Positions 46,597 through 59,632 of a stretch of DNA of 64,000 nucleotides are shown in pieces (the first letter of the stretch is position 1; each line of letters begins with the position of its first letter). The notes below the pieces were generated by a model. It saw nothing but the letters and a program-made list of their open reading frames with translations, was not told the DNA's origin and ran no database searches. Position numbers and translations under genes: made by a program. The stretch is from positions 1 through 64,000 of the forward strand of contig JAXLNO010000155.1 in NCBI GenBank assembly GCA_038087875.1, read 5' to 3'. Origin of the DNA: Malacoraja senta. Its lineage: Eukaryota.

Positions 46597-49500
46597 TAGA
46601 AACATAGAAACATAGAAATTAGGTGCAGGAGTAGGCCATTCGGCCCTTCGAGCCTGCACCGCCATTCAATATGATCATGGCTGATCATCCAACTCAGTAT
46701 CCCGTACCTGCCTTCTCTCCATACCCTCTGATCCCTTTAGCCACAAGGGCCACATCTAGCTCCCTCTTAAATATAGCCAATGAACTGGCCTCGACTACCC
46801 TCTGTGGCAGAGAGTTCCAGAGATTCACCACTCTCTGTGTGAAAAAAGTTCTTCTCATCTCGGTTTTAAAGGATTTCCCCCTTATCCTTAAGCTGTGACC
46901 CCTTGTCCTGGACTTCCCCAACATCGGGAACAATCTTCCTGCATCTAGCCTGTCCAACCCCTTAAGAATTTTGTAAGTTTCTATAAGATCCCCTCTCAAT
47001 CTCCTAAATTCTAGAGAGTATAAACCAAGTCTATCCAGTCTTTCTTCATAAGACAGTCCTGACATCCCAGGAATCAGTCTGGTGAACATTCTCTGCACTC
47101 CCTCTATGGCAATAATGTCCTTCCTCAGATTTGGAGACCAAAACTGTACGCAATACTCCAGGTGTGGTCTCACCAAGACCCTGTACAACTGCAGTAGAAC
47201 CTCCCTGCTCCTATACTCAAATCCTTTTGCTATGAAAGCTAACATACCATTCGCTTTCTTCACTGCCTGCTGCACCTGCATGCCTACTTTCAATGACTGG
47301 TGTACCATGACACCCAGGTCTCGCTGCATCTCCCCTTTTCCTAGTCGGCCACCATTTAGAAAATAGTCTGCTTTCCTGTTTTTGCCACCAAAATGCATAA
47401 CCTCACATTTATCCACATTATACTGCATCTGCCAAACATTTGCCCACTCACCCAGCCTATCCAAGTCACCTTGCAGTCTCCTAGCATCCTCCTCACAGCT
47501 AACACTGCCCCCCAGCTTAGTGTCATCCGCAAACTTGGAGATATTGCCTTCAATTCCCTCATCCAGGTCATTAATATATATTGTAAATAGCTGGGGTCCC
47601 AGCACTGAGCCTTGCGGTACCCCACTAGTCACTGCCTGCCATTGTGAAAAGGACCCGTTTACTCCTACTCTTTGCTTCCTGTTTGCCAGCCAGTTCTCTG
47701 TCCACATCAATACTGAACCCCCAATGCCATGTGCTTTAAGTTTGTATACTAATCTCTTATGTGGGACCTTGTCGAAAGCCTTCTGGAAGTCCAGATACAC
47801 CACATCCACTGGTTCTCCCCTATCCACGCTACTAGTTACATCCTCGAAAAATTCTATAAGATTCGTCAGACATGATTTACCTTTCGTAAATCCATGCTGA
47901 CTTTGTCCAATGATTTCACCACTTTCCAAATGTGCTGCTATCCCATCTTTAATAACTGACTCTAGCAGTTTCCCCACTACCGATGTTAGACTAACTGGTC
48001 TGTAATTCCCCGTTTTCTCTCTCCCTCCCTTCTTAAAAAGTGGGGTTACGTTTGCTACCCGCCAATCTTCAGGAACTACTCCAGAATCTAAAGAATTTTG
48101 AAAGATTATTACTAATGCATCCACTATTTCTGGAGCTACTTCCTTAAGTACTCTGGGATGCAGCCTATCTGGCCCTGGGGATTTATCGGCCTTTAATCCA
48201 TTCAATTTACCCAAAACCACTTCCCGACTAACCTGGATTTCACTCAATTCCTCCAACTCCTTTGACCCGCGGTCCCCTGCTATTTCCGGCAGATTATTTA
48301 TGTCTTCCTTAGTGAAGACGGAACCAAAGTAGTTATTCAATTGGTCCGCCATATCCTTGTTCCCCATGATCAACTCACCTGTTTCTGACTGCAAGGGACC
48401 TACATTTGTTTTAACTAATCTCTTTCTTTTTACATATTTATAAAAACTTTTGCAGTCAGTTTTTATGTTCCCTGCCAGTTTTCTTTCATAATCTATTTTT
48501 CCTTTCCTAATTAAGCCCTTTGTCCTCCTCTGCTGGTCTCTGAATTTCTCCCAGTCCTCTGGTATGCTGCTTTTTCTGGCTAATTTGTACGCATCATCTT
48601 TCGCTTTGATACCATCCCTGATTTCCCTTGTTATCCACGGATGCACTACCTTCCCTGATTTATTCTTTTGCCAAACTGGGATGAACAATTTTTGTAGTTC
48701 ATCCATGCAGTCTTTAAATGTCTTCCATTGCATGTCCACCGTCAACCCTTTTAGAATTAATTGCCAGTCAATCATGGCCAATTCATGTCTCATACCCTCA
48801 AAGTTACCTTTCTTTAAGTTCAGAACCATTGTTTCTGAATTAACAATGTCACTCTCCATCCTAATGAAGAACTCAACCATATTATGGTCACTCTTGCCCA
48901 AGGGGGCACGTACAACAAGACTGCTAACTAACCCTTCCTCATTACTCAATACCCAGTCTAAAATAGCCTGCTCTCTCGTTGGTTCCTCTACATGTTGATT
49001 TAGATAACTATCCCGCATACATTCCAAGAAATCCTCTTCCTCAGCACCCCTGCCAATTTGATTCACCCAATCTATATGTAGATTGAAGTCACCCATTATA
49101 ACTGTTTTGCCTTTGTCGCACGCATTTCTAATTTCCTGTTTGATGCCATCCCCAACTTCACTACTACTGCTAGGTGGCCTGTACACAACACCAACCAGCG
49201 TTTTCTGCCCCTTAGTGTTTCGCAGCTCTACCCATACCGATTCCACATCCTCCAAGCTAATGTCCTTCCTTTCCACTGCGTTAATCTCCTCTCTAACCAG
49301 CAACGCTACCCCACCTCCTTTTCCTTTCTCTCTATCCCTCCTGAATATTGAATATCCCTGGATGTTCAGCTCCCAGCCTTGGTCACCCTGGAGCCATGTC
49401 TCCGTGATCCCAACTATATCATAGTCATTAATAGCTATCTGCACATTCAACTCATCCACCTTATTACGAATGCTCCTTGCATTGAGACATAAAGCCTTCA

Positions 49501-50547
49501 GGCTTGTTTTTACAACACTCTTACCCCTTATACAATTATGTTGAAAAGTGGCCCTTTTTGATTTTTGCCCTGGTTTTGTCTGTCTTCCACTTTTACTTTT
49601 CACCTTGCTACCTATTGCTTCTACCCTCATTTTACACTCCTCTGTCTCTACGCTCACACATTTAAGAAACCCTTTCCCTTTAACTCCATCCTCCACTATC
49701 CCATTCGACACCCCACCCCCCTTATTCAGTTTAAAACCACCCGCGTAGCAGTGGCAAACCTGCCTGCCAGAATGCTGGTCCCACACCTGTTAAGATGCAA
49801 TCCGTCCCTTTTGTACAGTTCCCCCTTACCCCAAAACAGATCCCAGTGATCTAAGAATCTAAATCCCTGCCCCGTGCACCAGTTCCTGAGCCACACGTTC
49901 AGGTCCCGTATCTCCCTGTTCCTGCTCTCGCCAGCACGAGGAACTGGAAGCAAACCGGAGATAACAACCCTGGAGGTCCTGCTTTTCAGCATTTTTCCGA
50001 GCTCTCTAAAGTCACGCTGCAGAATATTCATCCCCTTCTTTCCGACATCGTTTGTGCCGACATGCACTACCACTTCCGGATGTTCACCTTCGCCCTTGAG
50101 GATTTTCTGCACTCTGTCCGTGACATCCTGGATCCTGGCACCAGGAAGGCAGCACACCATCCTCGCATCCTGTCTGTTGCCACAGAAACCCCTGTCCGTA
50201 CCTCTCACAATGGAGTCTCCCACTACAATGGCGTTGCCTGCCTTAGGCCTTTTTGGTTTTGGCTCAACAGCCCTATTCGCATCGCAAGCCAGTCCGCCGC
50301 TCAGTGTAAACACGTCTTCTGTCCCAACAGCTTCTAAGCGGGTGAACCTGTTCACAAGAGGTACAACACCCGGGGACGTTGGCATTCCATGCTTCCCTCC
50401 CTTTCTCACCGTCTCCCACCTTCTCTCTTCCAGTACCTTAGGTGTAACAATCGTACTGTAGGACTTGTCGAGGAACGACTCCGTTTCTCGGACGAACCGG
50501 AGGTCATCCACTTGCTTCTCCAGTTCCCCAACACGGCCCTTCCGGAG
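46597..50547 (-). mobile_element. Young CR1 LINE, 5'-truncated within ORF1
   Basis: ORF1 3' part (50547-49726) has SGNH/GDSL-esterase motifs GDS, G..ND and DGLH. ORF2 is intact. (TTTCTATG)n tail. Confidence 0.95.
46694..49786 (-). CDS. CR1 ORF2p: APE endonuclease plus reverse transcriptase, open reading frame intact (true start uncertain, endonuclease begins ~49500)
   Basis: 1030-aa ORF containing NARSI, ETW, GDFN, LGKSDH, PGPD, NYRPVSLTS, QHGF, DFQKAFD, GVPQGSVLGP, FADD and RGH..K..FFTQRVVNLWNSLP. Confidence 0.92.
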   Translation of the reverse strand: MWDQHSGRQVCHCYAGGFKLNKGGGVSNGIVEDGVKGKGFLKCVSVETEECKMRVEAIGSKVKSKSGRQTKPGQKSKRATFQHNCIRGKSVVKTSLKALCLNARSIRNKVDELNVQIAINDYDIVGITETWLQGDQGWELNIQGYSIFRRDREKGKGGGVALLVREEINAVERKDISLEDVESVWVELRNTKGQKTLVGVVYRPPSSSSEVGDGIKQEIRNACDKGKTVIMGDFNLHIDWVNQIGRGAEEEDFLECMRDSYLNQHVEEPTREQAILDWVLSNEEGLVSSLVVRAPLGKSDHNMVEFFIRMESDIVNSETMVLNLKKGNFEGMRHELAMIDWQLILKGLTVDMQWKTFKDCMDELQKLFIPVWQKNKSGKVVHPWITREIRDGIKAKDDAYKLARKSSIPEDWEKFRDQQRRTKGLIRKGKIDYERKLAGNIKTDCKSFYKYVKRKRLVKTNVGPLQSETGELIMGNKDMADQLNNYFGSVFTKEDINNLPEIAGDRGSKELEELSEIQVSREVVLGKLNGLKADKSPGPDRLHPRVLKEVAPEIVDALVIIFQNSLDSGVVPEDWRVANVTPLFKKGGREKTGNYRPVSLTSVVGKLLESVIKDGIAAHLESGEIIGQSQHGFTKGKSCLTNLIEFFEDVTSSVDRGEPVDVVYLDFQKAFDKVPHKRLVYKLKAHGIGGSVLMWTENWLANRKQRVGVNGSFSQWQAVTSGVPQGSVLGPQLFTIYINDLDEGIEGNISKFADDTKLGGSVSCEEDARRLQGDLDRLGEWANVWQMQYNVDKCEVMHFGGKNRKADYFLNGGRLGKGEMQRDLGVMVHQSLKVGMQVQQAVKKANGMLAFIAKGFEYRSREVLLQLYRVLVRPHLEYCVQFWSPNLRKDIIAIEGVQRMFTRLIPGMSGLSYEERLDRLGLYSLEFRRLRGDLIETYKILKGLDRLDAGRLFPMLGKSRTRGHSLRIRGKSFKTEMRRTFFTQRVVNLWNSLPQRVVEASSLAIFKRELDVALVAKGIRGYGEKAGTGY

Positions 50548-51639
50548 CTCTTTGGTTCTACAGATCATAACAGCACTCTTACCAGCATTATATTTAATAT
50601 CATGTTCCACACCATACACAGAACTTATAGTAAGGAGCTGCTGGATACCAGCGCTAGATGGACTAAAGACCACAAGATCATCTGCATACATAATATGGTT
50701 CACTAAAGTATTACCCATCATGCACCCAGTATGACAGTCTTTCAATTGTTTGGACAGATCATCAATATAAAGAATAAAAAGGACTGGGGACAAAATTCCC
50801 CCTTGTCTAACACCATTGCTAACCCCAAATGGGGCTGAGACCCTATTGCCCCATTTTATTTGCATAGTCTGGTGGGCATACCAGTAGGCCAGAATTCTCA
50901 CAATGTATTTAGGCACCCCTCTTTGACTCATTTTAACAAACAGCTGTCTGTGATTAACAAGGTCAAAGGCTTTGGAAGCATCAATAAAGCGCATAAGGAT
51001 TGAAGAGTTTTTGCCTCTATATTTGTTTACAAACTCCTTTAGGGCATATATGCATAAGTCAGTGCCATGTTTAGCTTTAAAACCAAACTGGTTATCTGTG
51101 GAGTTAACAAACTCATTTATTCTATCTAGCAGAACTATTTCTAAAACTTTTGACAATATGCTGGCTAAAGCTATGGGCCTGTAATTATTTAGGCTACCTA
51201 CTTTACCAGCTTTGTCCTTAATGACCGGCACTAAAAGAACAGACAACATTGAGTCTGGTAACAAGCCATGAGTCATAAAGCCTGTAAAACAAATAGCAAG
51301 GAGAGGAGCTATCATACTCGCATACTTAAGATGTTCAGCAGAAATATGATCCAAGCCACTTGCTTTGTTGTTCGACAGCTTGTTCATGGCATGATACACC
51401 TCATGTGACATAATCGCCATTGAGTCATTACTCTCAATATTGTCCACCCTATACAAGTCACCTTGGACACAGTTGAATAAAGTACTATAATATTGTTGCC
51501 ATAACTGTATTAGCTGTTCAGGAGATTCCATATACGGTGCATGGTAGAGATGTTTTGCAACTGTTAAGAGCTCTCACTTCTTTCCAAAAATCTGTAGCAT
51601 TGTTACTTACCAGCTTCTTAGCCATGGAATCAGCCCTCA

Positions 51640-53022
51640 TAGATACATAGATAAATAGAAAATAGGTGCAGGAGTAGGACATTCCGCCCTTCGAGCCTGC
51701 ACCGCCATTCAATATGATCATGGCTGATCATCCAACTCAGTATCCCGTACCTGCCTTCTCTCCATACCCCCTGATCCCTTTAGCCACAAGGGCCACATCT
51801 AACTCCTTCTTAAATATAGCCAATGAACTGGCCTCAACTACCCTCTGTGGCAGAGAGTTCCAGAGATTCACCACTCTGTGTGAAAAAGTTTTTTCTCATC
51901 TCGGTCTTAAAGGATTTCCCCCTTATCCTTAAGCTGTGACTCCTTGTCCTGGACTTCCCCAACATGGGGAACAATCTTCCTGAATCTAGCCTGTCCAACC
52001 CCATAAGAATTTTGTAAGTTTCTATAAGATCCCCTCTCAATCTCCTAAATTCTAGCGAGTATAAGCTGAGTCTATCCAGTCTTTCTTCATATGAAAGTCC
52101 TGACATCCCAGGAATCAGTCTGGTGAACCTTCTCTGCACTCCCTCTACGGCTATAATGTCCTTCCTCAGATTTGGAGACCAAAACTGTACGCAATACTCA
52201 GGTGTGGTCTCACCAAGACCCTGTACAACTGCAGTAGAACCTCCCTGCTCCTACACTCAAATCCTTTTGCTATGAAAGCTAACATACCATTCGCTTTCTT
52301 CACTGCCTGCTGCACCTGCATGCCTACTTTCAATGACTGTTGTACCATGACACCCAGGTCTCGCTGCATCTCCCCTTTTCCTAATCGGCCACCATTTAGA
52401 TAATAGTCTGCTTTCCTGTTTTTGCCACCAAAGTGGATAACCTCACATTTATCCACATTATACTGCATCTGCCAAACATTTGCCCACTCACCCAGCCTAT
52501 CCAAATCACCTTGCAGACTCCTAGCATCCTCCTCACAGCTAACACTGCCCCCCAGCTTAGTGTCATCCGCAAACTTGGAGATGTTGCCTTCAATTCCCTC
52601 ATCCAGATCATTAATATAAATTGTAAATAGCTGGGGTCCCAGCACTGAGCCTTGCGGTACCCCAGTAGTCACTGCCCGCCATTGTGAAAAAGACCCGTTT
52701 ACTCCTACTCTTTGCTTCCTGTTTGCCAGCCAGTTCTCTATCCACATCAAAACTGAACCCCCAATACCGTGTGCTTTAAGTTTGTATACTAATCTCTTAT
52801 GTGGGACCTTGTCGAAAGCCTTCTGGAAGTCCAGATACACCACATCCACTGGTTCTCCCCTATCCACGCTACTAGTTACATCCTCGAAAAATTCTATAAG
52901 ATTCGTCAGACATGATTTACCTTTCGTAAATCCATGCTGACTTTGTCCAATGATTTCACCACTTTCCAAATGTGCTGCTATCCCATCTTTAATAACTGAC
53001 TCTAGCAGTTTCCCCACTACCA
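51640..53022 (-). mobile_element. 5'-truncated CR1 LINE, same family as 46597-50547
   Basis: Near-identical RT and 3'UTR, with frameshifts near 52200 and 51880. Confidence 0.95.
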
Positions 53023-53045
53023 CAAGACATACAGCTTGCTCATTT

Positions 53046-56000
53046 CAAGTTGAAGTTCAAGTGAGTTTATTGTCATGTGTCCCTGATAAAACAATGAAAT
53101 TCTTTCTTTGCTTCAGCACAACAGAACATAGTAGGCATTGACTACAAAAACAGATCAGTGTGTCCATATACCATTCTATAAATATATACACACATGAATC
53201 AATATACTGATAAAGTGCAAATAACAGTTAATTGGCTAATAAAGTTCAGTGTTTTGTTCGAGCCAGGTTTAATAGCCTGATGGCTGTGGGGAAGTAGCTA
53301 TTCCTGAACCTGGTCGTTGCAGTCTTCAGGCACCTGTACCTTCTATCTGAAGGTAGTAGGGAGATGAGTGTGTGGCCAGGATGGTGTGGGTCCTTGATGA
53401 TACTGCCAGCCTTTTTGGGGCAGCGACTGTGATAGATCCCCTTGATGGAAGGGAGGTCAGAGCCGATGATGGACTGGGCATTGTTTACTACTTTTTGTAG
53501 TCTTTTCCTCTCCAGCACGCTCAAGTTGCCGAACCAAGCCACGATGCAACCGGTCAGCATGCTCTCTACTGTGCACCTGTAGAAGTTAGAGAGAGTCCTC
53601 CTTGACAAACCGACTCTCCGTAATCTTCTCAGGAAGTAGAGGCGCTGATGTGCTTTCTTAATAATGGCATCAGTGTTCGCGGACCAGGAAAGATCTTCAG
53701 AGATGTGCACGCCCAGGAATTTAAAGCTCTTGACCCTTTCAACCATGGACCCGTTGATATAAACGGGACTGTGGGTCCCCATCCTACTCCTTCCAAAGTC
53801 CACATTCAGTTCCTTGGTTTTGCTGGTGTTGAGGGCCAGGTTATTGTGCTGGCACCATATGGACAGTTGCTCGATCTCTCTTCTATACTCTGAGTCATCC
53901 CCATCAGTGATATGTCCCACAACAGTGGTGTCGTCAGCGAACTTGATGATGGAGTTCGCACTATGTCCGGCTACGCAGTCATGAGTATAGAGTGAGTACA
54001 GCAGGGGGCTGAGCACGCAGCCTTGAGGTGCTCCCATGCTGATTGTTATCGAGTCTGACATATTTGCACCAATACGAACAGATTGTGGTCTGAGAGTGAG
54101 GAAGTTGAGGATCCAATTGCAGAGGGATGCGCAGAGACCCAGTTCTGCGAGTTTGGTAACCAGCTTCGAGGGGATGATTGTATTAAATGCCGAGCTGTAA
54201 TCGATGAATAACAGCCTGACATATGAGTTTTTGTTGTCCAAGTAGTCCAGAGCGGAGTGGAGGGCCAGCGAGATCGCATCCACCATTGATCTGTTGTGGC
54301 GGTAAGCGAACTGCAGTGGGTCCAGGTTTTTGTCGAGGTAGGAGTTGATCTGCGCCATGATCAACCTCTCAAAGCACTTCATCACCACAGGCGTTACTGC
54401 CACAGGTCGATAGTCATTGAGGCATGTCACCTTGCTCTTCTTGGGCACTGGTATAATTGATGCCCTTTTGAAGCAGGTGGGAACAGACCTCAGAAGTGAG
54501 AGGTTGAAAATGTCCGTAAAAACTCCAGCCAGTTGGTCCGCACAGGTTTTTAGACCATGACCAGGTATACCATCAGGTCCAGGTGCTTTTCGAGGGTTCA
54601 CCCCTCTGAAGGATTTCCTTACGTCGGCCTCTGTGACTGAGACTGAAATACCATCACAGCGAATGGGGGCTCGGGAAGGCACATCAGTGTTCTCCCTATC
54701 AAAGCGTGCTTAAAACGCATTGAGCTCATCAGGGAGTGATGTTTCGCTGACATTCGAGCTGCCTCCTGATTTCGACTTGTAAGAGGTGATTGCATTCAGG
54801 CCATGCCACAGCTGCCGAACATCTGTCTCTTCCTCCAGTTTGGGGCAGAAGTCCCTTTTGGCCTTTTTGATGGCCTTACCAAGGTTGTATCTGGACTTCT
54901 TGTGGGCCACTGTATCATCAGACATGAATGCCCGGTGTCTGAACTTCAGAAGAGTGAGTATCTCAAAGTTCATCCAAGGTTTCTGATTGGGAAACGCTCG
55001 GAATGTTTTGGTGGGGATGCAGTCCTCCACACACTTCTTAATGAAGTCTGTAACGACTGTGGCGTATTCGTTCAGGTCCATTGCCTAGTCCTTGAACATT
55101 GCCCAGTCTACAGACTCCAAACAGTCCTGGAGTTGTTCCTCTGCCCCCCCCCCCCCGACCAGCTCTGTACTGTCCTCACCTCTGGGGGTGCGCTCTTTAA
55201 TTGCTGCCTGTAGGCAGGAAGCAGCAGCACCGCGGTATGGTCGGATTTACCGAAGTGAGGGCGAGGGATAGAACGATAGGCATTCTTGATGGTTGTGTAG
55301 CAGTGGTCGAGGGTGTTTGGTCCTCTGGTGCAGCAGGAGACATGTTGGTGGAAGTTAGGGAGTGATTTCTTTAGGTTTGCCTTATTGAAGTCCCCTGCTA
55401 TGGTGGTGAACGCCTCGGGGTAAGACGTCTGGTGTTTGTTGACCACGGCGTGCAGCTCCTCCAGTGCCAGACGGACGTCTGCCTGGGGTGGGATGTAGAC
55501 CGCGGTCATGATGATGGAGGTGAATTCCCTTGGGAGGTAGAAGGGACGGCACCTCACCGCCAGATGTTCGAGGTGTGGAGAGCAGGACAGGACTGCCACG
55601 TCTTGAGCACCACGCAGAGTTGACCATGAGGCAGACGCCCCCTCCTCTCCCTTTCCCAGATGCCAGTGTACGGTCCATACGATGGATGGAGAACCCTTCA
55701 GGCTGGACCGCTGAGTCTGGGGAGCTGGGGGTGAGCCATGTCTCTGTGAAACAGAACACAGAGCATTCCCTCAGCTCCCTTTGATAAAGCAGCCTTGCCC
55801 TTAAGTCCTCCACTTTATTTTCAAGGGACTGTACGTTGGCCAGTAAGATAGTAGGGAGAGGGGGCCGAAGTCCCCTGCGCTTCAGCCTGACCGGAAGTCC
55901 TGCCCGTCGGCCATGTTTCCGGACACAATGGAGGCTTCCCCTTTGTTTCCAGGTACTGTGTTTACTGTAACTGCTGTTTCTGTGGACCTGCGCTGGGACG

Positions 56001-56392
56001 GGGATTCCTTCACAGACGGCAGCTCCAGCTCCGTAACGAACGGGGGTACATTCAAAGTCGGCAGCTCCAGCTTCATTGTACCTGGGAGATCCGGCCCGTC
56101 GGCTCTGGAGGTCATCCCGGGGTTTCCTGGTACGGTACCTAGGATCCTCAGTCGGGTCGGGAGTTCCACAGCCAGCGTGGGAAAATTTAAAGTCCGGGGC
56201 TCCTGCAGCTGCGGGAGATCGCGAAATTGCCAGCGCTTTCAGCTGCCCAAGCAGCTTGTCTGAAACGGCACCGATTACTGCCGTTTCCCTGATCCAGGTA
56301 AGTTGATAGAAGTTGTAGGTGAACCTTTTCTGTTCTGGTGCTCCGCAAAAGTCGCCGCAGGCAGGCGCCATACTTCTTCATGGTACCGGGAG
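53046..56392 (-). mobile_element. Near full-length Rex1/Babar-type LINE
   Basis: [80 protein letters not shown] and [12 protein letters not shown] few frameshifts. Confidence 0.92.
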
Positions 56393-56699
56393 TTACAGAT
56401 GAAGCGAACAGCATACATACCTTGCATTAGTGAGCTTCTTGTACTCAAACACAGGCCCCTGTCTGGGTCTACCTGCCATAGCCCATGATTTGGTGGCTTC
56501 ACGGGCTTCAGTATGATACTCAGCTACATACTTATTCCAGCCAGGCCTGATGTTATGTGTCTTATTTATATGCTTGTAGTAGGGCTTACTACCTACATAT
56601 AGAGCACTTACTATATCATTATACATGGAGCAGATATCTCTCCTATGCTTCATATCCTTACAATTAACATTACTACACATTATTGCATCTTTAGGTAAA

Positions 56700-59135
56700 T
56701 AATAATAATAATAATAATACATTTTATTTGTATAGCGCTTTTCAAGGACTCAAAGTCGCTTAACATGGAGAGTCAAGAACAAAACAAAATAGACCAGTAA
56801 GACAGAGATGCAAAGGGGAGGGGGACATGGGACTAAGGGTATGCAGCGGTGAAGAGATGGGTCTTGAGGCGGGACTGGAGGATGGTGAGGGACTCAGAAT
56901 TTCGAATCAATTGTGGGAGGGAGTTCCAGAGCCTGGGAGCTGCCCCGGAGGCTCTGTTTCCAAAAGTGCAGAGGTTGGATTTCGGAATGGAGAGGAGACC
57001 GGCTGATGTGGATCTGAGGGACTGTAAGGGTTGGTAGGGGGAGAGGAGGTCAGTGAGATAAGGGGGGGGGCAAGTGGTTGAGGGCTTTGTAGGTGAGGAC
57101 CAGGATTTTGTAGATGATCCGGTGGGAAATGGGAAGCCAGTGAAGTTCTTTGAGAACTGGGGTGATGTGGTGCCAGGATTTGGTGTGGGTGATGAGTCGG
57201 GCGGCTGCATTCTGGACCAGTTGGAGTCGGTTGATGTTGCTGGAATTAATGCCAAAGAGAAGAGAGTTACAGTAGTCCAGTCGAGAGGAGATGAAGGCAT
57301 GGATGAGTCTTTCAGCAGCGGGGGGTGTGAGAGAGGGTCTGATTTTGGCAATGTTGCGGAGGTGAAAAAATGATGTTTTGACAACATGGCGGATGTGACG
57401 CTCAAGGGAGAGGGTTGAGTCAAAGATCACGCCAAGGTTGCGGGCCTGAGGAGATGGGGAGACAGTGGTGCTGTCAATAGTGAGAGTGGGGTTGTTAATT
57501 TTGGTAAGTATTGATTTGGAGCCAATGAGAAATTCTGTTTTGTTATTGTTTAATTTAAGGAAGTTGAGTTGCATCCAAGATTTGATGGCTGACAGGCAGG
57601 AGTTGATATGGGAGAGAGGGGGGTGGTGGGGGAACTTGGTGCTGAGATAGATCTGGGTGTCATCAGCATAGCAATGGAAGTCCAGGTTGAAGTGACGGAG
57701 TATATGACCAAGGGGGAGGATGTAGATGATACATAGATACATAGAAAATAGGTGCAGGAGTAGGCCATTCGGCCCTTCGAGCCTGCACCGCCATTCAATA
57801 TGATCATGGCTGATCATCCAACTCAGTATCCCGTACCTGCCTTCTCTCCATACCCCCTGATCCCTTTAGCCACAAGGGCCACATCTAACTCCCTCTTAAA
57901 TATAGCCAATGAACTGGCGTCAACTACCCTCTGTGGCAGACAGTTCCAGAGATTCACCACTCTCTGTGTGAAAAAGTTTTTCCTCATCTCGGTCTTAAAG
58001 GATTTCCCCCTTATCCTTAAGCTGTGACCCCTTGTCCTGGACTTCCCCAACATCGGGAACAATCTTCCTGCATCTAGCCTGTCCAACCCCATAAGAATTT
58101 TGTACGTTTCTATAAGATCCCCTCTCAATCTCCTAAATTCTAGCGAGTATAAGCCAAGTCTATCCAGTCTTTCTTCATATGAAAGTCCTGACATCCCAGG
58201 AATCAGTCTGGTGAACCTTCTCTGCACTCCCTCTATGGCTATAATGTCCTTCCTCAGATTTGGAGACCAAAACTGTACGCAATACTCCAGGTGTGGTCTC
58301 ACCAAGACCCTGTACAACTGCAGTAGAACCTCCCTGCTCCTATACTCAAATCCTCTTGCTATGAAGGCCAACATACCATTCGCTTTCTTCACTGCCTGCT
58401 GCACCTGCATGCCTACTTTCAATGACTGGTGTACCATGACACCCAGGTCTCGCTGCACCTCCCCATTTCCTAATCGGCCACCATTTAGATAATAGTCTGC
58501 CTTCCCGTTTTTGCCACCAAAGTGGATAACCTCACATTTATCCACATTATACTGCATCTGCCAAACATTTGCCCACTCCCCCAGCCTATCCAAGTCACCT
58601 TGCAGTCTCCTAGCATCCTCCTCACAGCTAACACTGCCCCCCAGCTTAGTGTCATCCGCAAACTTGGAGATGTTGCTTTCAATTCCCTCGTCCAGATCAT
58701 TAATATAAATTGTAAATAGCTGGGGTCCCAGCACTGAGCCTTGCGGTACCCCACTAGTCACTGCCTGCCATTGTGAAAAGGACCCATTTACTCCTACTCT
58801 TTGCTTCCTGTTTGCCAGCCAGTTCTCTATCCACATCAATACTGAACCCCCAATACCGTGTGATTTAAGCTTGTATCCTAATCTCTTATGTGGTACCTTG
58901 TCAAAAGCCTTCTGAAAGTCCAGATACAACACATCCACTGGTTCTCCCCTATCCACTCTACTAGTTACATCCTCGAAAAATTCTATAAGATTCGTCAGAC
59001 ACGATTTACCTTTCGTAAATCCATGCTGAAGAGGAGGGGACCAAGAACGAAGCTTTGGGGAACACCTTGAGTGACAGTGGCTGTGGCAGAGGTGTGGTTA
59101 TGGAGAGAGATGAAGTGGGATCGGTTGGAAAGGTA
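56700..59135 (-). mobile_element. 5'-truncated L2 LINE, split by a CR1
   Basis: GVPQSFVLGPLLF (~59030-59070) continues at ~57725 as IYILPLG..HCYADDTQIY..SRLDYCNSL..HITPVLKELHWLPI. L2-type tail aagcgctatacaaataaa plus (TAT)n. Confidence 0.9.
57727..59027 (-). mobile_element. 5'-truncated CR1 LINE nested in L2
   Basis: ORF 57823-58956 is near-identical to the other CR1 copies; it starts at QHGF and has the same 3'UTR and tail. Confidence 0.95.
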
Positions 59136-59632
59136 TGAATATTATTAAAGATTTACCTGTATGGGCATAATAAGCTAGGAGGTCTTTCTTTGTAAGCGTT
59201 GACCAGTCCAGTTTTTCTGTATTAAAGGTATTTCTATCTCTGGATACCACAGGTATGTGTTCAACATTTATTGTCATAGCAACAAGTATATGATCAGTCA
59301 TTGCTGCCCCGTACAGAATGCTTATACACCCCAAGGAGGCGTGTGCATCAGCTGTACTAATACAGTGGTCCAGCCATGACGTAGTGTGCCAGTCTTCACT
59401 AATATAAGTATAACTATCTGTAGGTAAAAGCACTTTGCTTGACAATATTAAATTATTGTCTTGACAGAACTGAGCCATATGATTGGCAAATAATGAGTTC
59501 CTATCTGAGATATCTGCATTCATATCCCCAATGACATATACACTACAATAATTATTGTTTTGAATGAAAGAGTAGGTGAAAGCAAGCCTATTTATATATT
59601 CATCCTCATTCTGATGGCATTCATAGGGTGTA

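Noticed and set aside
46065..46688. ORFs starting MISHDHIEWRCRLEGPNG (also 57050-57817) as a repeated small gene
   Set aside because: The shared N-terminus is translated CR1 3'UTR reading through into whichever element the CR1 inserted in.
47082..50734. Multiple plus-strand ORFs of 65-195 aa
   Set aside because: They are antisense shadows of the CR1 and outer LINE coding sequence.
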